In this document: piece by piece, positions 29,931 through 38,533 of the stretch
Position numbering within the stretch: position 1 is the first letter of the stretch
How the letters are laid out: each line of letters starts with the position of its first letter
Source: a virus
Taxonomy: Duplodnaviria > Caudoviricetes
IMG/VR virus record: IMGVR_UViG_3300005805_000002
Span: 1 to 64,000 of that record
Strand: one strand, 5' to 3'
Length of the DNA stretch: 64,000 nt
Position numbers and translations under genes: made by a program
The notes under the pieces: generated by a model
The model's input: only the letters and a program-made list of their open reading frames with translations
Told to the model about the DNA's origin: nothing
The model's database searches: none

Positions 29931-31426
29931 GCACTCCCCGCAGAGCCACTGTTCGTATCCAGCTTCCTCCCCGCTCGGGGCTGCGACCGATAAGCCCAGA
30001 TACTATTTTCGACCCCAGACTCCGTGGAGCAGACCTCCCGCCGCCTCCCGAAATCTCTAACCCAGAGCTAGCAAGGCAGCAGCAAGCATACGCGGCAGAT
30101 AAATCGGCTGCAAGGAACGCGAGATACCAAAACCCAACAATAGTAGACCCAGCGCTGGTTCCGGCGTCTCGACCCCCTGTCGGGGAAGGTGTAACTACAG
30201 ACGCTAGGGGCAACATGATTCGCGTGCCCGTAGAGCCAGACCCGTCGACATCCAAAAACAAGTCTAAGCCAGACGTAGTGCTTCGACGGCAGTTAATCCG
30301 TGCTGGCGACGGCACCGTTAGGCCAGTCCCGAAGGGGACTCGAACGCTGGCTGTCGTGGCGAAAGAAGCGGCCCAAGCAGGTGGAGATCTTCCCGTTTCA
30401 GGGACCCTTAAATACTACCCAACCCCTGTCAGTAAGGACTCCTCTTTGCCAAAGTGGCTCGGCGGCAAGCCGACCGTACAGCAAATGCTGGGCATAGACT
30501 ATATGCGCTCTTACGAAAAGGGTTCGGCTTTCACCGCGTTCCAGAAGTTGGTCGAGCTGTCCGAGAGATCGGGTCGGCCGATCTACTCCGGAACAATAGT
30601 TCCGCAGTTGTCCAAAGCGACACCCCCTCTTTTGTCCCAGTCGCCGCTGCTGGACGTGGGGAAAGCTCTCGGAGAAAAGGCTACAACGTACGACGTTCTC
30701 AAGAAAGACTACCCGCAACTCAGGTACCGCGAAGTCCCGGGACTAACAACGTCTGGGAGATTCTGGGCCAACGTATACCCGCCCATCAGCGGAAGGGCCG
30801 AAGCTACGGTTAACGATGGCCCCGGACCGTACCAGATCGGGGGCAAGTTCAGAACTTTGGACGAGTTCCGCTCAATCGTAAACCAGATCCCGAAAGAGAG
30901 CTTATACAACCGCAACACCAGCTTTAAGATTGACGGGCTTGTCTCCACAACCAGACCGGACATGGTGCAGCGGGCGCTCAACGTGGGATACCAAGTTGGC
31001 CCCGTCGCTGCCGAGACAGTCCCGAAACTTGTACGGGGCGGTCTCCCGATAGCAGCTCAAGTTGCCGCCGAAGACGTTATCCGAGCTGGGCTTAACCAAG
31101 CCCCCGCCGCAGCGGGATACGCTGCCACTCAGAGCGGATCCGGTACGGTGGCCGACCGCTTGAACCGATTTGCATCGAGGGTCACCGCAGGCGCAGCAGT
31201 TGGCGGGGCCGTGGGAATAGGTACGGGACCCGGCGCTCTCGCTACGGCTACGACGGGAGCAGTGGCAGCAGGCGCTTACGACTTGGCCGAAACAGGGGTA
31301 GAGCTAGCTCGTCGGTACTACCAGAACGTTGAAGTTCCCGTGAGGGAACGATTGAACACCCGGCCTAGCTTTACGGCTCAAATGTACCCGAACGGGTATC
31401 CCGGACTTCCTACCAACATTCGTTGA
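29927..31426 (+). CDS. Hypothetical protein with C-terminal glycine-zipper hydrophobic segment
   Basis: AGAAVGGAVGIGTGPGALATATTGAVAAG. Confidence 0.55.
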   Translation: MSTPRRATVRIQLPPRSGLRPISPDTIFDPRLRGADLPPPPEISNPELARQQQAYAADKSAARNARYQNPTIVDPALVPASRPPVGEGVTTDARGNMIRVPVEPDPSTSKNKSKPDVVLRRQLIRAGDGTVRPVPKGTRTLAVVAKEAAQAGGDLPVSGTLKYYPTPVSKDSSLPKWLGGKPTVQQMLGIDYMRSYEKGSAFTAFQKLVELSERSGRPIYSGTIVPQLSKATPPLLSQSPLLDVGKALGEKATTYDVLKKDYPQLRYREVPGLTTSGRFWANVYPPISGRAEATVNDGPGPYQIGGKFRTLDEFRSIVNQIPKESLYNRNTSFKIDGLVSTTRPDMVQRALNVGYQVGPVAAETVPKLVRGGLPIAAQVAAEDVIRAGLNQAPAAAGYAATQSGSGTVADRLNRFASRVTAGAAVGGAVGIGTGPGALATATTGAVAAGAYDLAETGVELARRYYQNVEVPVRERLNTRPSFTAQMYPNGYPGLPTNIR

Positions 31427-31429
31427 CCT

Positions 31430-31651
31430 ATGAAGCGCGACTACAAGAAAGAGTATCGAGAGTACCACGGGACAGCCGAGCAAATCCGCCGCAGATCTTC
31501 GCGTAATAAAGCTAGGCGGCGTCTGGCAAAAGACGGCCTAGTCCGCAAAGGAGATAATCGCGACGTTCATCACCGCGACAATAATCCCCTGAACAACTCT
31601 AGGCGGAATCTTCGGGCGACGAGTCGGTCGTGGAATCGGGCTCAGAAATAA
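31430..31651 (+). CDS. Small HNH-type protein
   Basis: RDYKKEY...RNKARR...KGDNRDVHH...NNSRRNLR...WNR. Confidence 0.7.
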   Translation: MKRDYKKEYREYHGTAEQIRRRSSRNKARRRLAKDGLVRKGDNRDVHHRDNNPLNNSRRNLRATSRSWNRAQK

Positions 31652-32654
31652 TAGGGTAAGCCCCCAAGAGGTCCGCGTAAAAAGCGGCATCCGCCAAATC
31701 TTTTTCTCTATTGTAACAGCATTTCATATGCAACACATGGTGGGGATTATTAACTTTTAAGGTAAAACCCAAAATGTCGGTGTAAATAGCGTTATCGAGA
31801 CAGCTTGGATACGCATAGTCAACACATACACCCTGCGGAAAATTTTGTCTTTCACGGCTGCACCACAAGTCAAGCGTCAGCCGTGAAATGCGATGCCGAA
31901 AGTTCCATCGAAGATTAAGAAGACTAGCGCCCAATCGAACTCTGTAAAATAAACCTCCGTAGTCGGACAAAGAAAGACGGGGCGAGCACCAAAAAGCGAG
32001 AACTTTACCCCGCACTTCTCCATCGTGGTGCCACATACTTTGAACGACTTTTACTGGGGACCCCGTCTCCGTGTCGTAAAATATTACGAGCACCTCTCTG
32101 TGACGCGCTACTTGGTTTGTGGCTACCCAAAGTGTAAAACTCCCGTCTTCGTGAAGCTGGCAAAAGGGCTCTCCTGTATCCGTAGTAAGATGCGGGCTGT
32201 GAATAGCGAATAAAATATCCCCAACCGGAGGAATATTTAGAGGCGCGGGATCAAACACGCACGCGAAAGATCCTGAGTGGGATACAGCAAACAGTGCGGA
32301 AGAGCTTTCATCGAAGCGGCATTTAGGAGGCGTGGGTCCGGCATATATTAAGTCACGACCCTCAACAAAGGCTTTAAGGACTTCTTCGTGTTTGTAGTTA
32401 AGGTCCCACTGCCAAGAAGAGTTCAGTTTACCTAAAAACGGAAGAATGTGCTGGCTTCCCACCATGATATCCAAGTCATTTGGTGGGCGATAGTACCGCT
32501 TTGAAAGGAGAATGAGACTAGTGAGGCCAAGAACAGTGAAAGGCAGCCCGAATAAAGCAAGCTCCTCTAGAGCGTCATAGACCCGATCTAACGATCCGGG
32601 CGACGGCTCCTGTAAATCTTGGAAAGACTGCGGACGTATGGCTTCGCGTCCCAT
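31599..32654 (-). CDS. Nucleotidyltransferase-fold protein (Pol-beta superfamily, AbiEii/MNT-like)
   Basis: N-terminal 'FTVLGLTSLILL..RPPNDLDIMV' and C-terminal 'HMK...REKDLAD'; visibly lower GC than its flanks. Confidence 0.5.
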   Translation of the reverse strand: MGREAIRPQSFQDLQEPSPGSLDRVYDALEELALFGLPFTVLGLTSLILLSKRYYRPPNDLDIMVGSQHILPFLGKLNSSWQWDLNYKHEEVLKAFVEGRDLIYAGPTPPKCRFDESSSALFAVSHSGSFACVFDPAPLNIPPVGDILFAIHSPHLTTDTGEPFCQLHEDGSFTLWVATNQVARHREVLVIFYDTETGSPVKVVQSMWHHDGEVRGKVLAFWCSPRLSLSDYGGLFYRVRLGASLLNLRWNFRHRISRLTLDLWCSRERQNFPQGVCVDYAYPSCLDNAIYTDILGFTLKVNNPHHVLHMKCCYNREKDLADAAFYADLLGAYPIISEPDSTTDSSPEDSA

Positions 32655-32663
32655 TGTTCTGCG

Positions 32664-32915
32664 TTACTGATCCGCTCCCAAATCAGGCCCAGAAATAACT
32701 ACGGGAGACTCGATAACTTCCGGCAGGACCTGAAGCGACGGCGCTACTTTCTGATGGATCATAGCTGAAGCATCCAGCAGTGCATTCCAGATATCCTCGG
32801 AAGGATTCGACGTGCGGTCGGCTACAACCGAAGTGATCTGATTTTCGTCGAGATCAGCGATGGCAACAGCCGAAGCATTTTCTAGTTCTTCTATACGAAG
32901 TAAAAATTTTCTCAT
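32664..32915 (-). CDS. Hypothetical protein
   Basis: Clean ORF within the - strand operon. Confidence 0.55.
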   Translation of the reverse strand: MRKFLLRIEELENASAVAIADLDENQITSVVADRTSNPSEDIWNALLDASAMIHQKVAPSLQVLPEVIESPVVISGPDLGADQ

Positions 32916-32920
32916 AGGTA

Positions 32921-33457
32921 TTAATCTAGCTCAGAAAGCTGTTTCGCCAAGGACTTACATTCGGCTTTAACATATTCAAACGTCCGGTATTCAGCTTCCG
33001 GCACTTTGGGTATCTCGGGGTTCGGAGACAGGTCGTCCATGTGGTTACAATCGAAACCCCACCACCACCCGTTGAGGATCTCGTCATCCGACATCATACC
33101 GGGCCCCGCGTAAGTGACGCCACCGTGAACGTCCACAAGGAGACCAGCGTGGATATGGCCCTCTATCACACTTATGAGAACCTGCGCTGGGGGGCGATTG
33201 CCAAGGGGCTCCTCTAACATCTGCTCTTCACGATCCCGCAACCTGCCCGGCACGGGGGCGTTGGGCTCTACTCGAAACAGGGGGTGATCGCCGGGTATCC
33301 GGACGTAACCGCACAGATGACCAAAGTAATGGCGGGCAACCCTGCAATCGTACCCAGTCTCGGGATCAGTCCATTCCTCAAAGCTGGGCTCGTCTGACCA
33401 AGGGCCTGCGGGGCACGAGCACGAGAAACAAGAGCATGTGACGTTGCTGGTCTTCAT
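32921..33457 (-). CDS. Conserved phage hypothetical protein (HLCGYV / VHGGVTY / GFDCNH family)
   Basis: Recognisable motifs; likely start MKTSNV at 33457. Confidence 0.7.
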   Translation of the reverse strand: MKTSNVTCSCFSCSCPAGPWSDEPSFEEWTDPETGYDCRVARHYFGHLCGYVRIPGDHPLFRVEPNAPVPGRLRDREEQMLEEPLGNRPPAQVLISVIEGHIHAGLLVDVHGGVTYAGPGMMSDDEILNGWWWGFDCNHMDDLSPNPEIPKVPEAEYRTFEYVKAECKSLAKQLSELD

Positions 33458-33609
33458 TTGGATCCGTAGAGGCAGATGAAAAGGAATCCGGCGTTCCCGA
33501 TTGTGTATCCAAGGAAGGCTATCCCGAGACCTATTTGGCCTTCTCTGAAGAAGCCTATCGAAGTCAGGACATAGCAAGCGGTGCAGATTGCGAGAGGAAT
33601 GAGAGTCAT
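33454..33609 (-). CDS. Small two-TM membrane protein
   Basis: MTLIPLAICTACYVLTSIGFF...LGIAFLGYTIGNAGFLFICLY. Confidence 0.55.
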   Translation of the reverse strand: MTLIPLAICTACYVLTSIGFFREGQIGLGIAFLGYTIGNAGFLFICLYGSK

Positions 33610-33824
33610 GTAAAGGGGTGCTGGTTTATACGCAGAGCCAGCGTGCGCCACTTGTCCTACTACCCACTTAAAAACTAATACGGGTCGAAACAGGGCCGGA
33701 GAACGTGGGATGCTCCGGTAGTGAATAGGTTGTAGGCTTCTCCTGCTGCGCCGAACGGAAGAGGGCCCATCCGGCTGCGGATAGAAGAAGCGATAGAAGT
33801 AGCAAAAGTAGTGTCTTTCTTGTC

Positions 33825-34031
33825 CTACTTGTCGTGGCTAGCTTCGAGTTCGACCGCTTCGGCCCAGTCCAGCAGGCAGTTGATAAGCCACTGGTTAAAA
33901 TCAATCGGTTGCTTCGAGATGTGCTCGATATCGTATTGGTATGCACTAATAATTCGTTCATAGGTTGGTCGGTCAAAGTTAAGGGTGAGCGAGTGGGAGG
34001 TTTTGGCGGGTGAGCTTTGTACTACTTCCAT
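33825..34031 (-). CDS. Hypothetical protein
   Basis: ATG preceded by an A/C-rich leader. Confidence 0.5.
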   Translation of the reverse strand: MEVVQSSPAKTSHSLTLNFDRPTYERIISAYQYDIEHISKQPIDFNQWLINCLLDWAEAVELEASHDK

Positions 34032-34158
34032 ATAGGTGGGATGTGTTTTTGATTGTTTTGTTTTGGTTACAGGGTGCTTGCTTTCCTTTAGGGCGTAGTG
34101 AGTTCGTAATTAGACATCATCTTAAACCCAATGTTCAACGGAAATTTTGTGTTTAGTG

Positions 34159-34395
34159 TCATAAACCGACTCTTAATGCTGAGAGCGCAGGATTAAATCG
34201 CGTCCCTCCAGCAACGATTTTTGACATCCAGATCTTACCAAGCCAGAGATTGAACTCCCGATCCCGGGCCCAGTCCCTTGGCTTCTTGGTCGTCGACTTG
34301 CCAACCGCCCCGGGCAGGGCGGCAATCCGGCGGGAGCCAACGTACAAGTCACAGGAGTAGTGGGTCGATTTGACATGGACGGCGTTGGGTTTCAT
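34159..34395 (-). CDS. Hypothetical protein
   Basis: Likely start MKPNAVH, with an ATGA overlap. Confidence 0.45.
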   Translation of the reverse strand: MKPNAVHVKSTHYSCDLYVGSRRIAALPGAVGKSTTKKPRDWARDREFNLWLGKIWMSKIVAGGTRFNPALSALRVGL

Positions 34396-34658
34396 GGGTG
34401 CGGCTTGAATTGAAGGTCTGTGAACTCGCCCATAAACTCGGCGACGGTGACGTGGACGGCCTGACCTTGCAGGTCGCGATGTGTGTATACGGCGTCGCGT
34501 ATGTTCAAGTCGGCGGCGTATGTGTCGGCTTCGGCGAGAACGAAGCCCGCTTTCTCCAGCAGGTTTCGGACTTGGTCGAAGTGATTGCCCTCGGCCATCC
34601 AAGAGTGCTGGTCTCGGATAGCCGTGCGCACGGTTTTGCCTACAGTTTGTTTGGTCAT
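34392..34658 (-). CDS. Hypothetical protein
   Basis: Start MTKQTVG preceded by ACGACTACC. Confidence 0.55.
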   Translation of the reverse strand: MTKQTVGKTVRTAIRDQHSWMAEGNHFDQVRNLLEKAGFVLAEADTYAADLNIRDAVYTHRDLQGQAVHVTVAEFMGEFTDLQFKPHP

Positions 34659-34671
34659 GGTAGTCGTGTGA

Positions 34672-35085
34672 TTAAACGGGCCAGACGTACGGGAGATCGT
34701 CGGGTACGTTGGGGAAGTGCGGAGTGTAGTGCTCCGGCAGTTTCCGGAGTAAGTTGGATTGATGGGACGTGCATAGCTCGTCGTTGAGCCACGGTATACG
34801 CGCGGCCCCGTTCGGATACAGCTTGTGGAACTCGGAGATCTTGCCGAAACAAGTATCCTTGAATCCACGGCTGACCCATTCGAGACAGACAGCGTAACCG
34901 TAGACGACAAGCTGGTGCTCGAACCCGCGCCACATCTTGACGGCCGGATGGTTTTGCCAGCCGTAAGACGGGAGCGTTAGAGCTTTGAGGATCTGGAGAC
35001 ACTCGACGCGTTGTTTGCCAAGGCGCTTGGAATCCAAGACTCGGGCCGAGTCGGTGAACGATGGGAATGGTAGGAATGTTTGCAT
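34672..35085 (-). CDS. Pyrimidine-dimer DNA glycosylase / endonuclease V-like (MSMEG_6728 type)
   Basis: MQTFLP...LDSKRLGKQRVECLQI...WQNHPAVKMWRG. Confidence 0.85.
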   Translation of the reverse strand: MQTFLPFPSFTDSARVLDSKRLGKQRVECLQILKALTLPSYGWQNHPAVKMWRGFEHQLVVYGYAVCLEWVSRGFKDTCFGKISEFHKLYPNGAARIPWLNDELCTSHQSNLLRKLPEHYTPHFPNVPDDLPYVWPV

Positions 35086-35291
35086 TAGTGCTGCGCGTGT
35101 TTTAGCGGTCGGTGGATTTCTTCTTTGATATCAAGAAGCTGTCGGTTGGATTTGTATTTAGGAATGTACGTAAGTACGGAACTCTCCTCGTGACGGGAGA
35201 AAAACTTTCGTATGGGGTTGCCCGGCCAATCGACGTAATCGTGCTGGTAGTGATCATCGAGAGAGTCTCGGTCGTATTGTTGCTGGTTCAT
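35085..35291 (-). CDS. Hypothetical protein
   Basis: Translationally coupled ORF. Confidence 0.5.
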   Translation of the reverse strand: MNQQQYDRDSLDDHYQHDYVDWPGNPIRKFFSRHEESSVLTYIPKYKSNRQLLDIKEEIHRPLKHAQH

Positions 35292-35353
35292 TGAAAGGGT
35301 TGCCCGCCCCGCCTAACCGGAATCTTGGTTAAGCGGGGCAAGGCGGGTTTGGT

Positions 35354-37000
35354 TCAGTTATGCACGGCTTCCATCTGAACGGCGTGGAAGTTAACGAACT
35401 TGCCGAAGGGCATACGGTAGTTGTCCCCTCCGTACAGATACCTTTGACAAGTATTGATCCAGAGCGTGGGGATACCGGGATCCGGCGTACGCCACCAGCT
35501 CCACTGCATGTCGGAGACAACGACGATCCAGTCGTACTCGGACCTGCGGTTCTTGGCCCAGTTGAAGGCGGGCATGAGGTCGGTCGCACCGCGTCCGGCC
35601 CAGCCTTGGAACTCGGTGATCGGGAAGTCACAGGACCTGTAGTCGCGTGACGCCCGAACGGAGGTGTCGCAATGCAGCAACGTGACGGTCGACTGCGGGA
35701 ACAGCGACAGCACTTTGCCGAGATGCGTCAGGGCTTGGTTGCAGTCCGCGTCGCTCATCGAGCCGGACGTATCTACAATGAAGAGACCACGGGTCTTGCT
35801 ACGGGCGCGGCGAGCCGGAAGCAGCAGGTCCTTACGATGGCTGTGCCTGCGGGACGGCCTGTCGTATTTCCAGCCTGCGGCGTGTTGGGTCCGGAGAAAC
35901 TTCTCCAGTTCCTTGCGCCAGTTGATCGACGCGGCCAACTCGGGGTCTCCCTCGATGCGCTCCTTGTACTGGGAGATGATATCACCCAGACCAGTCGGGC
36001 TGTAGGTCGAGCTACCGAGCAGCGCTTCGAGGATGAGCTTGGCCTCGTCTTCGCGAAGCGTGACTTCTTCGGGCGCGTCTTCAATGCCGCCGCCGAAGGT
36101 CTCGGTCGGATCGGGCATGTTGGCGAAGGGGTCGTGCTCGGCGTTGGAGTCGGAGCCCGCCTTGGCGGGGTCGCCGCTCTCGGAGTCGGAGTCGGAGTCG
36201 TCAGCGTCCTCGAAGTCCGACCCGTCGAAGGGTTGGCTGTCGTTGCCTGAGCCAGAGGAATCCTCGTCGTCACCGTCCTCGTCCTTGTCGGATTCGCCGG
36301 AGCCAGAGGAGTCATCGTCTGAGTCATCGGAGTCGGAGTCGCCGACCTCGTTCTCGTCCCAGTCGTGGACGCCATCGTCATCCTCATCATCGGAGGAGCC
36401 GGGCTTATCCTTGTTGGATCGAGTCTTGGTCACTTGGGTGCCTTCCTGACCTTCCTCGCCTTCCTCGCAGGGCTCGCCGTCGACAGGTACCTCGTTGGTA
36501 GGAGGCTGAGGCGGCGGAGGCGGGTTGAGCTGCTTGAGCAGGTCGTAGTACTCCTCGGCGCTCTTGTTGTACGGGAGACCCTCGAAGGATTTGAAGCCGA
36601 CGAAGCAGCCGCCCGAGACTTTCGAGTCGATCAGCTCGGCTTGCAGTTTGACGGTGTCGCCTTGGAACGCCTCACGGTAGCCCTTGTAGAGCATACAGTT
36701 GAGCGCGAGATCGGCGGCGATGTTGTAACCCTTGGGGTTTCGTTTGCCACGGCGGTGCTGGTGATTGGACAGCACGTGACCGACCTCGTGCAGCACGATG
36801 GCCTTGGCGGCGGACAAGGACAGCTTGTCGACGAACGAGGGATTGTACGTGAGAGTCCGGCCGTTGGTCGCCATCGTGGACAAGGAGCCGGACGGCTTGA
36901 CCGACCAGCGTGACAGCACGACTGGTATGGCTATGGGTTCGAGCCGAGCGACCCAGTCGAGTGCGACTTTGATCTTTTCAGCAGAGGTAAGTTGAGTCAT
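35354..37000 (-). CDS. Metallopeptidase-vWA protein (DUF2201-like)
   Basis: TMATNG..YNPSFV..VLHEVGH..NIAADLALN; acidic D/S linker; MIDAS 'IVDTSGSMS'. Confidence 0.85.
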   Translation of the reverse strand: MTQLTSAEKIKVALDWVARLEPIAIPVVLSRWSVKPSGSLSTMATNGRTLTYNPSFVDKLSLSAAKAIVLHEVGHVLSNHQHRRGKRNPKGYNIAADLALNCMLYKGYREAFQGDTVKLQAELIDSKVSGGCFVGFKSFEGLPYNKSAEEYYDLLKQLNPPPPPQPPTNEVPVDGEPCEEGEEGQEGTQVTKTRSNKDKPGSSDDEDDDGVHDWDENEVGDSDSDDSDDDSSGSGESDKDEDGDDEDSSGSGNDSQPFDGSDFEDADDSDSDSESGDPAKAGSDSNAEHDPFANMPDPTETFGGGIEDAPEEVTLREDEAKLILEALLGSSTYSPTGLGDIISQYKERIEGDPELAASINWRKELEKFLRTQHAAGWKYDRPSRRHSHRKDLLLPARRARSKTRGLFIVDTSGSMSDADCNQALTHLGKVLSLFPQSTVTLLHCDTSVRASRDYRSCDFPITEFQGWAGRGATDLMPAFNWAKNRRSEYDWIVVVSDMQWSWWRTPDPGIPTLWINTCQRYLYGGDNYRMPFGKFVNFHAVQMEAVHN

Positions 37001-37074
37001 GGTTGGATTGTTCTAACGTGGTAGTTGGGACGATGTGTCAGGGGGCCCCCGCAAGGAGGCCCCCTGATCTTTGG

Positions 37075-38202
37075 TTAGCCGACGATGGCCTTGTAGGCAT
37101 CGAGGCCTGCGAGGCTGGGCAGCTTGGCCCCGGCCACGCGGAACCACCAAGCCACAGCCTCACGGCAGGCGGGGTTCTCGGTAGCGCAGCGGGCGAAGTA
37201 GTCAGCCACAGCCTTGGTGTGCGCCGGATTGACCTCGGGCGAGAGGTTGCGCTTGGCCTGCTCGGGGTCGAGCAAGCGGACAGCGAACGACTCACCGAGT
37301 GCGTACAGGACGCCGATCTGGTCGGCCGGAGGAGTCGGCGCGGAGGCCGGATCCTTGACGACTTTCTCGAAGGTCGGGCACTGCGAGAGGACCTCGCGGT
37401 ACGCGATGTATTCGCGGCCAGCGGTCTGACCGACCAAGCCGAAGACGATGGCGTCTCCGACCTCCGGTGTGAGCGGGGTCTGGGCCAGCACGTCGAGAGC
37501 CGCCGCAGCCCACGTGAAGGTACGAGGGTTAGGACGTTGCTGCTCGATGTACTCGTGTTTGCCGCCGCCGAAGATGTTCGGGCGGAAGCGGGCATAGCCA
37601 ACCAGAGCGGCATCAATGCCGTTGCCGTTAGCCCAGTCGATCCAGTGGTCCAAGGCGCGGGGGCCGTGGGTGTCCACGTAGAAGTGGGCCAGACGGGTAG
37701 CCGCCGCAGTGGTCAGCTCGGTCGTGCCCGTGTCGGTCGTGCCGTTGCCAGCGCAAACAATGTGCGTCAGCTTGGACAGCTTGCGGCCGTTGACGCCACG
37801 GTCGAGCAGGATCTGCAAGGCCACGTTGAGGACGTCGATGGACGTGCGGTCGACCTCGTCGAAGAACAGGATGCACTCATAGTCGTCTCCGTAGAGATCG
37901 GCCCACGGGAGCAACGAGTTGGCGAGGTAGGACAGGACCTTGCGGACCTCGCCATCGATCTCCTGATCCACGGGGTACGGGATGCCGCCGAGATCGGTGG
38001 GCTCCTTGTCCGACAGGCGGACGTCATGGAGCGGCAGGCCGAGATCGGCGGTGAGCGACTTGATCGTAGCGGACTTGGTCCAGCCGACCGGACCCCAGAT
38101 TACGGGGACCAGATCGAGTGTGGGGACCCAGCACACGGCGATGCACTGCTTGATGGTGGACAGCGGAAAAGCCGCTGCGGGGACAGGTTTATGATTTTGC
38201 AT
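37075..38202 (-). CDS. MoxR-like AAA+ ATPase
   Basis: WGPVGWTKS (variant Walker A); ILFFDEVDR (Walker B); LQILLDR; start MQNHKP after the conserved leader. Confidence 0.8.
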   Translation of the reverse strand: MQNHKPVPAAAFPLSTIKQCIAVCWVPTLDLVPVIWGPVGWTKSATIKSLTADLGLPLHDVRLSDKEPTDLGGIPYPVDQEIDGEVRKVLSYLANSLLPWADLYGDDYECILFFDEVDRTSIDVLNVALQILLDRGVNGRKLSKLTHIVCAGNGTTDTGTTELTTAAATRLAHFYVDTHGPRALDHWIDWANGNGIDAALVGYARFRPNIFGGGKHEYIEQQRPNPRTFTWAAAALDVLAQTPLTPEVGDAIVFGLVGQTAGREYIAYREVLSQCPTFEKVVKDPASAPTPPADQIGVLYALGESFAVRLLDPEQAKRNLSPEVNPAHTKAVADYFARCATENPACREAVAWWFRVAGAKLPSLAGLDAYKAIVG

Positions 38203-38285
38203 GGTGGTAGTTGTGTGGTTGTGGTGGTTGGGAAAAGGGGCCCTCCGGCTAACCGGAGATCGGGTTAACCGGAGGGCGGATCGGG

Positions 38286-38504
38286 CTAGAGCGTCGAGCC
38301 CTTGCTCGGGAAGCCGTTGACGTGATTGATGATCCACTGGCGGACCATCCCGTTGAGTTTGTCGAGCGTTTGGCGGGACACCCGAGTGAACTTGTGGTGA
38401 CGCGTCTTCTTGGCGTGGTCCAGCATGAAGGTGCGGACCTTGCTTTCGACGATGAGAGACGCGCTGATGCGCGCTACGACTTGATCGAGTTCGGATTCAG
38501 ACAT
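38286..38504 (-). CDS. Candidate bacterial-type histone-fold protein
   Basis: LIVESKVRTFM / RVSRQTLDKLNGMVRQWI / KGSTL aligns by eye with Bdellovibrio Bd0055 (LVVTSKVKKLI / TSAETIDVLSKAIEQLC / GRKTV). Confidence 0.6.
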   Translation of the reverse strand: MSESELDQVVARISASLIVESKVRTFMLDHAKKTRHHKFTRVSRQTLDKLNGMVRQWIINHVNGFPSKGSTL

Positions 38505-38533
38505 GGTGGTAGTTGTGTGGTTGTGGTTGTGGT

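Noticed and set aside
37003-38268. 421-aa + strand ORF and similar long antisense ORFs in 35-47 kb
   Set aside because: They mirror GC3-biased - strand genes that have clear motifs and leaders.
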